A stretch of DNA of 64,000 nt from Octopus vulgaris (taxonomy: Eukaryota), in contig OX597815.1 of the NCBI GenBank assembly GCA_951406725.2, positions 74,896,001 through 74,960,000 of the forward strand, read 5' to 3'. Positions 25,001 through 37,838 of this stretch are shown here, in pieces. The stretch's first letter is position 1; every line of letters begins with the position of its first letter. The position numbers and the translations under genes were made by a program. The notes under the pieces are model-generated. The model saw only the letters and a list, made by a program, of their open reading frames with translations. It had not been told where the DNA came from and did not search any database.

Positions 25001-25398
25001 AATAGCAACAATGAAATACCTTTCAGAGACAATTGAAAAGAGCTCAATGTATGTATGGGAAAAAAAGGAATGATAGATAGAACTGAAAGGGATACTGTAA
25101 CCACTAAACATAGGAAGACAGAAACCCACTTTGAAAAGTTCAAATGGAGATCAGTGTAGCTGAACAATAAGTTCACCCAGTTTTGAGATCAAACAACACT
25201 GAAGGTGGCATTTAAATAACAGCAGAAGGACACCTAGGGGTCACTACCTAAATGGGTCCTGCTCCTTTAAGAGTGTCAGGAACTAATGAGCCAAAACAGT
25301 TGTTTCATGGGAGTTCTTACTCTGAAGATTTCTCCTGCTGTCTACTTGCTCCATAGTGATTTTCTATTCACAATACATCTATGTCTATATATATTGCA

Positions 25399-25484
<86 letters not shown>

Positions 25485-25656
25485 TTTATTTAAATATATA
25501 TATATATATCCTTTAAGTTCATTTATGGAAAATGTTTTGAATATGCATATAAAAGCTCCTATTTTATTATGCTAGTTACAGCCTAATGATACCAACTAGC
25601 AATAACAGTTTTTTGGGTAGGGTTGCACCAAACTGTGCCGATATAAAAATGTAGGA

Positions 25657-25747
<91 letters not shown>

Positions 25748-25769
25748 GGTGGTAGTGGTGGTGGTAGTG

Positions 25770-25802
<33 letters not shown>

Positions 25803-25846
25803 ACAACAATAATGATGATAATGATAATAATAATAATAATAATAAT
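25657..25846. repeat. (TAG)n/(TGG)n/(TAA)n compound microsatellite
   Basis: Seen directly. Confidence 0.95.
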
Positions 25847-26018
25847 CCATAGATGAAATATATATTGTAATTCATTGCTGTGTGTATTTCCACAAATCAC
25901 TATGATCTTAAGAAACATGTAATTTGTGGAAATGTGCATAGCAATGCATTAAAATATATATAAATTCCATCCATGGATGATTATTATTATTTTTATTATT
26001 ATTATTACTACATATATA

Positions 26019-26065
<47 letters not shown>

Positions 26066-26974
26066 GTATTTGTGTGTGCATATGTGCGTGTATAGAATAG
26101 AAAGTTATTCTGTTCTACATAGGTAGAAATATAGAAAAAAGAAGTTGAAGATGTATTCCAAGTCTTTTAAATGGTTTATTTTTAAAGGTTTAATCAGTTT
26201 CACAGGATTTTTCCAGTCAAGCAAGACTGTCACAAGACATGATCACTCAGTTATGTTAGCATTAACACAAAGACAAAGCAGGAAACTTCTAAAAACTTCT
26301 AAGCTTAATCACATGATTATCCTTTGTCAATCAAATTGTATCCTAAATAGATACTAATAGGAGCCATGTTCCCTCCATAAAGAAACAAGAGAATTTTTTA
26401 ACTACAGTCAGAAGCAAGACAGTTATGGCATAGCACCATATCTTTCTATATCACTCAACTTTTGAAAATCAGAAAAATCTGAGAGATTGGTTAAGTATTT
26501 AAAAATACACCATCTAAAAGACAACCAGCACATTTTCAATTTTTTTTCTATATGTGTATATACACACATTTCATTTAAGTGCTTTAACTTCAAGATCCAG
26601 TTTCAAAATACAATTATTTCATGCTCTCTTAAAAGTTTATAAATTCATGATACTTATTAATCCGAGGGGAGGCGTATATCACTCTATGTAAAAACTTGTA
26701 TAACTGGAACACAACCATGGATTTACAATATAGAATGGTGAACTATAACCTTGGACCCTGCCACAAGAATACATGGAGTTCTTTACTAATTTAAACAATA
26801 CTGTTAGCCTGATGTACTAACAGAGAGCTTATAATTTTGCCCAGATTGATAATCCCTCGCAAATAACTGTTTTACATATACATATCATTCCTTCTACTTC
26901 GATCACTTCAAAAATGTAACCACACTTGATTGTTGGCAATGCTTTTCCTCCTTTATCTTGGACTGTCCTGTTTT

Positions 26975-28160
26975 TCCTGTTTCCAAAGAAGAGCTATGCT
27001 CGAAACGTAAAGCTACTACTCTTTTTCTTCTCTGAGCACTCTATTAATACATTGCTTCTGCTACGTCCACACGTTCATTTGTTTTTCATTTTCTTTTTCT
27101 CTATGCTTTTTTTTTATTGACTATATAATGACACCCTGGTCTTGCACCATTTACGCTCTACCGGTCATTCGCTACAACATCTGTCAGTGTTCGGACTGTC
27201 TCTGTAAAGGGGTCACCCCTACTTCCACCTTTGCTGTGAACAGAAATTAATCTTCTGTCTTTATACTTTTGCCCCATATGGGCTCAACTCACCTCCTCCC
27301 TTCATCTGACACCAACCTCACCTCTTCTCTATATTTGGCACTGATCCCACATGGATTCCCATTCACCTCCCACACCCTCCACCTATATACCTGCTTACCA
27401 CCCACCTTAGTACCCTCACCCACATGCACCACTATACACACATGCATACACACTGTTCAATTCATCACTCACTTCACCATTACACACCCACACCTTCTCA
27501 CTCCATACACACCTCTCAGTATCCACACACACACAATTTTTCAATAGTGTCACAACACATACCATTATATGAGCAGTCACACACTGTTTAACTCAGTACA
27601 CACATCACATACCATCATGCACAATCCTACACCCACACAAGCACATAATACCTGAACACAGACAATATATACACGTACACAACACGCATGAACACATGCA
27701 ACGCATATAGACAAATGATAACTTTCAACCACATACATACACTATACACATGCACACTATTTGGTCACAGTGACACATGCACATATGTGCACACCATGTG
27801 TAAAATTACACATAAACTGCTACACACAACACACATGAAACTCATTCACCTGCATTCACTTACACACACATGCTTGTGCACCTCCTCCTGTTGGGATCAC
27901 CATGAATTAACTCCCCTTCATTCAACCTCTCTTCTTTATTATCTCCCTTTCATTTAACCTTTTTTTCCAATCATCTACCATGTTGGAACACTGAACTCAA
28001 CACATGTTTTTTCAATCTCTATTTATTTCCTCTTATTCCTTTCTGTCAAAGAGCATAGGCTTGAAATGTAAGACTTTTCCATTTTTCCCAAGCATCAAAC
28101 TAATACATTTGCTTGTTGTTCCTACATTTGTCTTTGTCTTTCTATAAACCTGAACTATAT
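26975..28160 (+). mobile_element. Penelope-like element remnant: GIY-YIG C-terminus between two hammerhead-bearing terminal repeats
   Basis: 27130-27291 translates DTLVLHHLRSTGHSLQHLSVFGLSL*RGH...EQKLIFCLYTFAPYGLNS. Related repeats start near 26981 (AGAGCTATGCTCGAAACGTA) and 28041 (CTGTCAAAGAGCATAGGCTTGAAATGTA). Confidence 0.7.
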
Positions 28161-28212
28161 ACACACACACACAAAACAGGCTTCTCTCAGTCTCTGACAA
28201 CCAAATCCACTT

Positions 28213-28498
28213 ACCAAGGTTTTGGCTGGCCTGGGGCTACAGTTGAACACTCCTGATCAAGGAGCTGTGCAGTGAAACTGAACCAAAGGTCACATAGTTT
28301 GGAAGCTAGCTTTTCAACCATATAATCAGATCTGTGCCTATTGGCTGTGCCTCAAACCAAGGTTTTGGCTGGCCTGGGGCTACAGTTGAACACTCCTGAT
28401 CAAGGAGCTGTGCAGTGAAACAGAACCAAAGGCCACACAGTTTGGAAGCTAGCTTTTCAACCATATAATCAGATCTGTGCCTATTGGCTGTGCCTCAA
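28213..28498. repeat. 143-bp tandem duplication overlapping a minus-strand SINE A
   Basis: Copies start at 28213 and 28356, with about 3 mismatches by eye. Confidence 0.93.
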
Positions 28499-30442
28499 AA
28501 CATGATAACAGTTTGAGAACAATGCAGAGCATTGATGAAACTGCTTGTAGAAAAATATGTTGGGAATAACTGACCCAGTATTCAGTGCAAAAGCTTTTAG
28601 AATGTCTTGAGGTGTTGTTCTGGGTGTTTGATTATTGTATGGCAAAGGTGCAGTTTACCAATCCACTCTCCCTTTATCTTCTGATAGTTTCATCCAAGAA
28701 GTAGCCAAACTAATGATTATAATTGCCTGTTTTCTTTTAGTGTACACATACAGAAAGAAGACAATCTATTTATATATAGTGTCTATAGAAAACAAAGAGC
28801 TTGTCAAGCTCCTTGTTAATCTCTCATTCCTTCACCCCTCTGTGACCATTTAAAGTTGGCTATGATTAACAATAACCTTTAGGAGAGAAATTAAAAAATT
28901 AATTGGAAGGGAAAAAACCTAATAAAAAAAAGCTAAACTAATGATGAAAATTAGTCATACAGCCAGCAGCCAAATTAATCTCAGCTAGACTAAAAATAAA
29001 TATTAATTACTAGGCTTGCATTCCAAAGAGATGCACAAGTGTTTAGGAATTAACATTACAGACATTCCACAACAGCAATAAGAATTTCTGAAACCAACCA
29101 TGAACTTTTAGCTAAGCAGTCTTTAGTGCAAATAATGAAAAATATCTCACAAATTTCACAACTTTATCATCATCATTGCTGTTTATACCCACTTTACTAT
29201 GCTTGCATGGGTCAGAAAGAGTTTAGTGAAGCAGACTTTCTACTTCTGAATGCCCTTCCAGTTTCCAAGCAGGGTAATATTTCCCCATGGCCAGAAATGT
29301 TTTTCACAGAATATTGGAAATGGATACACTGCTTGTATGACAGTAACACTCATTTACAACTATCACATTCATGTCCAGACACACACATACACACAAACAC
29401 ACGCATATATATATAAATATAGACACAGGCATAGCTGTGTGGTAAGAAGCTAGCTTCCCAACCACATGGTCCCAGGTTCAGTCCCACTGTATGACACCTT
29501 GGGCAAGTGTCTTCTACTATAGCCTTGCAATTTTCCTGGTAGAAGATAAATAAGGATCAACATTTAAAAAGTATTCAGTATAGTGCTAGCTGAAGTTTGA
29601 AAATGAATTTTAGACTAGATCTGCAAATAATATACTGGTGGACTTTGTACTGAGTGCTTAGTTGTATAAGTAGATTCACAGTTGGCACAGCTTGTTATTG
29701 GTTTTAATTCCTAGCTGGAGACATTTTATTTGGTGCCTTTGACCCTTATTCAACATAAGTTTCTATTTATTTTGAAATTAATCAAGAATTCAGCTACATT
29801 GATTAAAATAACTAACACCATCATTTAATATCGATTTTCTATGCTGGCATGGGTTAGATGATTTGACAGGAGCTGGTGAGCTAGAGGTCTGCATCAAACC
29901 CCAATGTCTGTTTTGGTATGGTTTCTATGGCTAGATGCCAACCACTTTACTGAGTGTATTGAGTACTTTTTACATGTCACCAAGTAACTTGCAAGGCAAG
30001 ATCCCTCAACTGGGGGTGGAGCAATAATGTAGGAGGGGGCTTTATGCCAGGTGATGAGGCTAAAGTATGATACAGAGACAAGAATAGACAGTGCTATCCC
30101 TCTACCGTACTTTAGCCTCAATACTTTAACTGGTGTTTGGTATATAAAAATGACAGTTGTAACTTAAATATAAACACTACAAAAGTAAACATTTTGTGTA
30201 ATAGGCTATAAAACAGCCTCAAAAGGATTTGTATAAAAAGTTTAGTGATAGTAAATATCACATTCCATTTATTCTCTTTATAAATCTTGTTTTTCTCTGA
30301 TAAAAACTCATACAAGAATTTGGCAGTTTGATGTTGATTCAGTAGTTTTTTTTTGGTGGGGGGGGAGCTTTTTTCTAGTATCATCATTTAATATTACACG
30401 AGTGAAAGAAAATTTGTTAGGGTGAATTTTCTATACTTGGAT

Positions 30443-30662
30443 GTCTTGCCTGTTGCCAACCCACACTTGTAAAGTAATATTTTCCCATGGCCAGATATGT
30501 TTACAATCTTGCCTGTGCCAACCCACACTTGTAATGTTTTACTCAGAAGATTGTAAACAGGCAAGATCTTGCCTGTTTACAATCTTGCCTGTGCCAACCC
30601 ACACTTGTAAAGTAATATTTTCCCATGGCCAGATATGTTTTACTCAGAAGATTGTAAACAAA
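30443..30662. repeat. Mosaic of local duplications containing a perfect 40-bp palindrome
   Basis: AAGATTGTAAACAGGCAAGA|TCTTGCCTGTTTACAATCTT at 30547-30586, among repeated TCTTGCCTGTGCCAACCCACACTTGTAA blocks. Confidence 0.9.
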
Positions 30663-30726
30663 ACATCATGCTTATTTACAACCATCTCATGATGTCCAGA
30701 TCAACACACGCACACACACATAATTA

Positions 30727-31255
30727 TCATCATTTACTGTCTGTTTTCCAAGCTGGCATGGGTTGGATGGTTTGATAGGTGCCGGTAAGGCTGGAGATGG
30801 CACCAAGCTCCATTGTTTGTTCTGGCATGGTTTCTACAGCTGGATACCCTTCCTAACACCAACCTCCATACAGAGTGTATTGGGTACTTTTTACATGGTA
30901 CTAGCACTAGTATCAATTCTGCCTTGGTGGGGAGGTCTTCTTGAATACAGCAAGGCACCAGATGTCTTGGCCCTCCTTTGTAAGGCTCAGTGTCTTGAGA
31001 TTAGTCTTCAGCACTTCGTCCCATGTCTTCCTGGATCTCCTTCCATCTGCTTTAAGTGATTGGTGCTTCTATACACAACTGTCTACATCCATATGCATCA
31101 TATCACAGTCTTCTCTCTTGCACACTGCATCTAATTCCTCTTGTGCCTAACTTTTCTCTCAGCACACTAGCACTGTCATTGCACATTCAGTAGAATATAT
31201 ACCACCAGCTTCATTCCTCTCTAGCCTTTACATTCCTCTGCATTCAGGGCCCACA
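30727..31255 (-). mobile_element. Old RTE LINE 3' fragment
   Basis: Reverse complement resembles 50000-50830 (ORF end and (GAT)n tail). Confidence 0.7.
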
Positions 31256-31319
31256 TCTCACTACATCACACACACACACACAATAGGCTTCTTTCAGTTA
31301 CCAAATCCATTCACTATGC

Positions 31320-33891
31320 CAGTGGTCCCCAAACTTTTTTATTCATGGCACACCTTAGAAGTTGTTAAAATATTTTGGCGCACTTTGTACATAAATTCTA
31401 AAATTTATTCAAAAGGAGTTTTATACATATTAGCATAGCATAAACTGTAAAATATTAAATAGATAATTAAAAATACAGAAAAATTGCATGTACTTACTCT
31501 TTATTCAATATTCAAAGCAAAGTTATCAATGAGAAACATGTGCTTGATGTTTTTTGGAAACGTTTTCAATATTGGGGCGTATTTGAGAAAGACAAACCAT
31601 CATTTCTTCTTCAATACAACGGAGCTTCTCTCTTTTTTTGGATTTGATGTTATTGAGGGTTGAAAATCCCAACTCACATAAATATGATGTGGAAAACTGC
31701 CCCAAAACAGATAAAGCTTTTTTTGCTACTGAGTGATATTTTCCTATAATAGCAATCCAAGATATATTAATAGATAACTCAGCATACTTGATTTTAAGTC
31801 CATGATCACTGGATATAGATGTAAATTCCCTCTTCTTCACAAATTTTCAGACCCATATTAGATGGAATTTTATGAAGGGATTCAAACCTAATCATACTCT
31901 TTCTGTGTTCAATGATGAAAAATAAAAGTTTATGTTTTCCTCCAGATTTGTCAAATGTTCAAATACAATAGGAATCATTTCTTTTATGCAGCTTTTACGT
32001 ATTAAGGGAAACATTTCAAAGTTGCCACCTTCAGCTCTATTTTTCCAAATTACATTTTTTAAAAATGTTTCCATCTCTACCTTGCATACTTGTGTTGACG
32101 CTATTAAGTTGTGCAAATATCTCTGTTAAATATTCCAGCTTGGAAACCCAAAATTAACATTGTAGATATTCCAAAAAGCAGTCATATTTTCTTCTTTAAA
32201 AAATGCATGCAATTCCTTCTGGAGTTCATATTTGCGATGCAGCACCTTACCTTTTGAAAGCCATCTGACATTTGTGTGTAAAAGTAAGTGCATGTGTTGG
32301 GAATTCATATCAACACAAATTTGTTCAAATAAGCAACATTTCAATGGCCTACTTCTAATATAATTAACCAATTTCGACAACTTGGTTTCATACTTGTTTT
32401 AACTCAACAGGTATTGTTTTTGAAACTAGTACCTCCCTATGTAGGAAGCAATGAGTATGTATAACATTAGGATTTTGCTGTTGTACAAGAGATACAAAAC
32501 CTTTAATAGAGCCTATTGGTACATATTCCAACACATGAATTCCAGGATAAATTCCATTTTTCGAGGTAGGCAGATAAATGGCAAAAATATGAGTGGCATT
32601 TCTTCACAACAAAAGAATGGATTTATGATTTAGTTACCATCAATAAAGCGAATAAATGTAAGTAATTGTACTTTGTTGCTAATACCAGTTAATTTGTCAA
32701 CCTGTAGAGCAAATTCTGAGTTCTGAAGTTTGTTCTGTACATTTTCCTCTATATCAGCAGATAAATCCATAATTTTCCTATGAATTATATTATTTGAGAA
32801 TGGAATCTTGCTTATTTCTTGCTCGGCTTCATCACCATCTTTCTACAAGTGGGTAAGATAATTGACTCGGCTAAAGTATGCGATTTCATTTGTAGTGCAA
32901 TCATTTCGGCTATCTCAATAGATGCAACTTGAGCCTTTTCAGAAGCATTCATCCTTTTTTCAAAATAGTTTCTTTGTTTAGATTGCTGTTCTAGCTGTCT
33001 TTGGAAATAATTTGGATCTTTACATTGAAGATGTGAGTGTTTGGTTGTAAAATGTCTTTTCAACATGTTGTCATTAGACATCTTTTCACCACAAACACCA
33101 CAGCAAAAGAGGTTGGTTCTTGTTGCCAGTTCAATGAAACCCAAATTTTAAATAGCTATTGCAATATTTACGATTGGGTTGAGCTTTCGCGTTATTATCA
33201 CTATGCTTAGTTGCTTTTGACGAATGTTCAGTTTCAGATTCATAAACATGGTTATATTTCCTCTTACTAAACTTTTCCATTCTATGGGTAATTTAGTCTG
33301 TTAATATGAATTGTCTTGCACAAAGAGCACAGATTACCAACAGAGTCAAACTGAGACAAGTGACCAGTGAGCTGTGAAAAATGGCAGTGAGTCATATATT
33401 ATCAGACTCTTTTGAGAAGTCTTTCAAAATTAATTGAAAAGATGAAAATTTCCACCACTATATGAATGAAAAAATTGAAATACAGCCACAATACATAAGA
33501 ATGTATTAAAGATTTAGTTCAACATCATATATTTTAGTTCAATAGTTTATTTTTCACATTCATTACTGAGATGAAAACTGCTAAGACTACAAACCGAAAT
33601 AAACTGAAACAGTCGTGCACTCACTATGTTCATAAGACATCAATTTCGAGGATAGATTGATGCTAATTTAGTTCTTATCCCTAGGAAATTTCAGATTCAA
33701 AATTAAATAACACAACCACCTCTCATTCTTAGTTTAGAACTTAGTATTCAGTTTTTTTGCCACTTTGACATATGAACTTTCTTGTGAATTTCAGTTTGTA
33801 TTTTTCATATTTTGGAATATAATCTTACTTTTTCGAGGTGCACCTAATTATATCTTGCAGTGCACAAAGGCGCATGGTTTGGGAACCACTG
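31320..33891 (-). mobile_element. hAT (Charlie/Buster) DNA transposon, full length, inserted into a SINE A
   Basis: TIRs CAGTGGTCCCCAAAC and GTTTGGGAACCACTG. 8-bp TSD CACTATGC / CACTAAAC. SINE A halves on both sides. Confidence 0.92.
31526..33280 (-). pseudogene. Buster/Charlie-type transposase, frameshifted
   Basis: BED-finger remnant CGVC...LKRHFTTKH, HTLAESIILP, VNYIRSRPLK, LLHTNVRWLSKGKVL, FSTSYLCELGFSTL, C-terminal QAHVSH. Confidence 0.9.
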
Positions 33892-34739
33892 CACTAAACT
33901 TTGATTGGCCTGAAGCTATAGTAGCAGACACTTGCCTAAAGTGCCATACAGTGGAATTGACCTGAGACCACATGGTAGGAAAGCAAGCTACTTATCAACA
34001 CTTCCACACCTGCACCTAGTTTCTAATATCAGATTAGAAAAAAAAAATGTTTTAACATTGAATCAAGGCATATGTCCTAATCTTATGAACATTTGTCAGA
34101 GTACGAAGTCAATAGACAAATAAGTACCTGTAAAGAAAACATTTCAAATGCTGTCAGGTTTAAACAAATTGGCAAATGTTCATTAGAGTGCAAAGACTGC
34201 TTGCTGCCTTGCCATGGTCAACTTTGCTTTTCACGCTTTGTGGAGAGGAGAGGGGTCAATAAAAAGGTACTCATCAAAGCTGGTGGATTAGCAGAACTGT
34301 AAGAATGTCAGACCAGATGTATCATATTTCTCCCACATTCTAAATTAAAATCCAGCTATTGTCTACTCAGGTAGGAAACTTAAACTATCGCCAGCTGTAG
34401 CACCAGCTTCCATCACTTGACACCTTGGGGGCCTTAGGCAAAGATTACTCTGGTGCAAGCATTGAGGAGAGGCTTCTGGATTGGGGATACCTTCTTCATT
34501 CCCTTCACTCACGAGTCTCAGACGCCTGTAACAGGTCACAAGTGCTGTGACGTAGCTAGAGTGTGTACTACTTGGGGCTGCACGTGAGGTTACGCCCCAC
34601 CACTCCCAGCCTATACAGCTAGGGCAGTCTGTACCACCAGATACGCTACTGTACAGGCACTGCCTTCTCCCTTGACAAAAGAAAAATGTGATGAGAATCA
34701 AAGTAAAAAAATAGAAACTCTAGTATTGATCATATGTAG

Positions 34740-34945
34740 TTTCAAATTTTGGCACCAGGGTCAGCAATTTTTAGGAGAGGGGTTAAGTTGATTACATCGA
34801 CCCCAGTGCTCAACCGGTATTCATTTTATTGACCACGAAAGGACAAACGGTAAAGTTGGTTTCGGTGATATGTGAACTCACAACGTAAGGAAAGCTGCTA
34901 AGCATTTTGTCGGACGTGCTAACGGTTTTGCCCGCTTGCCGCCCA
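34740..34945 (-). mobile_element. SINE family B
   Basis: Reverse complement of the 16723 and 59864 family. Confidence 0.8.
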
Positions 34946-36726
34946 CGCATTGATCAGATATGACCATCAGTTGCAGGGAGTAGCACTAATCACTACAGAT
35001 AGAGGTTGAAGGAAAAAAATGTTGCTAGTACTGAAATCAATTTAGCTACTCTGTAGTATAAGTAGATGTGTATATTTGTGTCTATGTATGTTGATAGAGT
35101 TAGTTTGCACCAATCAGAATGAGAAGCTGAACATTTTAAATTTTATAGTACAAAAAGAAGCAACAACAAAAAATAACTAAAAGAAAAGAGTAACAGCTTA
35201 AAAGGTACTAATAGGTTAAACAGACAAACAAAAAAAAAAAAACTCAAAATAACTTCCAACAGAGAATGTAGTAAACCTGCTAATCATGCTACTGAATAGG
35301 TGAAGAGAAACCAGGTTGAACATCATAAGTGATTTTCAGCAGGTTATGAAACAGAACGAAATCGCGCTGTGTACGCGTGCTGGCTGATAGAGAGATTTCA
35401 CCGTCTCTTCCAACGTAAACAACTCTCAAGGACATCAGTGAATATTTTAGATAACCTAGATTGTTTATTTACTTTCAATACGATCGTTGTACACGCACAC
35501 ACATCTTTCTCTGTTTATTTTCTACTTGTTTCAGGCCATGCTGGAGTACCGCGTTAAAGAGTTTTAGTCTAGTGATCCGACCCCAGTACTTATTTTTTTA
35601 AAAGTACTGGTACTTAATTCAAATAATTAAGCCATTCTTTGTTGTTCCAGCATGGCTAAAACTTTTAGGTGTTTCATCCAGAGGTTGTGGTCTCACTGGA
35701 GCACCAAACAATGGTTTAATTTTTTTTGGGGGGGGGGGGCTTTTTTAAGTGGTGGGGAGAGAAAATAAATGTACATTGATAAGTTTCAGCCAGAGGCTGT
35801 GGCCATACTGGAGCACCAGATAATGGCTTCTTTCTTTTTTTTTATGTAGGAGGGAGAGAAAATAAAAGTACACGAATAGTTTAATTCTTTTTTTTTATTA
35901 AGTAGGGAATGAGAAAATAAAAGTACATTATTAAGTTAATGTTTAACCCATTGTTATGTAATTTATCTCATTGATGCCGACCTAAAAAAAATAATACTTT
36001 ATTCATTGTAAGACTTCTTAAGTAGATAGACAAGCATATATTATTAGTAGAATGAATGGACATTCATTATATCTTTTATTTGTTTGAGTCCTAGGACTAC
36101 GGCCATGCTGGGACATCGCCTTCAGTCGAACAAGTCGCCCACGTACATATTTTAGTTTGGTATTTTTGTATCGTTTTGCTGAAAGGCTAAAATACGGGGA
36201 CATAAATAAACTAATACCCGTGAGGGTCACTAACACTGACATTTGATAAACGACGAGTTTCTACATAATTCACACAGAAAGCATTTTGTCCAAGGTGTCG
36301 TGCAGTGAGACTGAATTCGAAACCATGTGGTTGCAAAGCGAGCAGCACAACCACACATTTGCTTGTTCTTTTTTTTTTAAGCCTTTTCTTGGATTAAGTT
36401 TTTAGCAATTAAAATTTTCAAAAAATTTACGAGACAGACAAAACGAATATTTAATATTACATTAGATGTGCTAAAATTTTTTGAAAGACTTGAAAGAAAA
36501 GTGGGTTGGATCAAATGTTTGAAATATACAATGAAATTCAATAACTGACATTTTCATTCGTAATTCTATATATGTTTAAAGCTTGAAAGTAATGTGTTTT
36601 TAAATCTATTTTTATAGTCAATATTTATTGATCGTCTCAAGTATAGGTGGTGTTTTTAAACGAAACAGGTTTTGAATTTGTGTATGCGCAGACTACTTTC
36701 ATTTTATTTAACTTCAAATTATATTA

Positions 36727-37838
36727 CGAGAGAAGGCTGAAAAGTTCATAGACTGGCTATGCTAGAAATGTAAAAACTTGCATGTATTAATTTCAGTGCT
36801 TCTTAATAACTGCATTTTCCGAGAAAACTGACATATGATTGTTCAAAGAAGACTTCAAGAGTAACTAGTATAGCGACTTCTCTTGGGAAAAAACAAACAA
36901 AAAACCGACAAAATTTGCCATAGTGGTGTTTATCAGGTATCTGCAGAAAAAGGATTTCGCTCTGTTCAAGCTTTATCAACAGTGCAAAAGTGAGGAGCTG
37001 AATTTAGGAGAGGAAGGGAGAGTCTCGAAGATGACCCAAGGTCTGGACGTCTTGCAACTGCCATAACCAATGAAAACAATGCTATTATCATATACCGTGA
37101 CGGAGTTGAGAATATTCTGCACAATGAACTTGATACGACGATGGCTTCTGCTTGGTGGGTGCCACGTCTTCTAGCACCTGATCAAAAGCACACCAGGTTG
37201 ATCACATCATGGGAAAATCTGATATTGTTTGAAGCAGATCCAGTTGGTTTTCCTGAACATTTTCTAACCTGGATGAGTGTTGGATTCATCACTAATACCG
37301 GGTTGAGACAATACATGTGGTGGAAACACCCCTCACTAGCTCTAAAAACAGCCAAGATCATTTCATTTGCAGGGAAGGTGATGGCCTGTTTTTTGGTTTG
37401 CAAAAGGGATTATTTATTGACTATCTTCAAAAGGGCCACTACTAGTGCAGTTTTGAAAGGCTATCAAGACCAAACACTCAGGAAAACTTATGAAAGGGGT
37501 CTTGATTCATGAGGACAATGTTCCAGCACACAAGTCCTTAGTTTCAATGGATTCTGCGCATGACTGTGGCTTTGAACTGATTCTCCAGATTTTGCCCCAA
37601 CATGAAAAATAACTAAGTTGGGAACAAGTATCACAGCAATGAAGACATCCTATTTGCTGCTGATGACTTTTTTGACTAACAGCATGAAATATTTCTTCAC
37701 TAATGGGATCCAAGTACTACAACACTGATGGATGAAATATATGGACTGCAAGGATGACTATGTTGAAAAATAAACCTCATTTGGTCACATTTCATGAGAG
37801 AATCTTGGTCAGCCTATGAACTTTTTAGCCAACCCTCA
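36727..37838 (+). mobile_element. Mariner transposon, decayed
   Basis: TA-flanked TIRs CGAGAGAAGGCTGAAAAGTTCATAGACTG and CAGCCTATGAACTTTTTAGCCAACCCTCA. Transposase remnants EDDPRSGR, WVPRLL, AGKVMA, HEDNVPAH. Confidence 0.88.
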
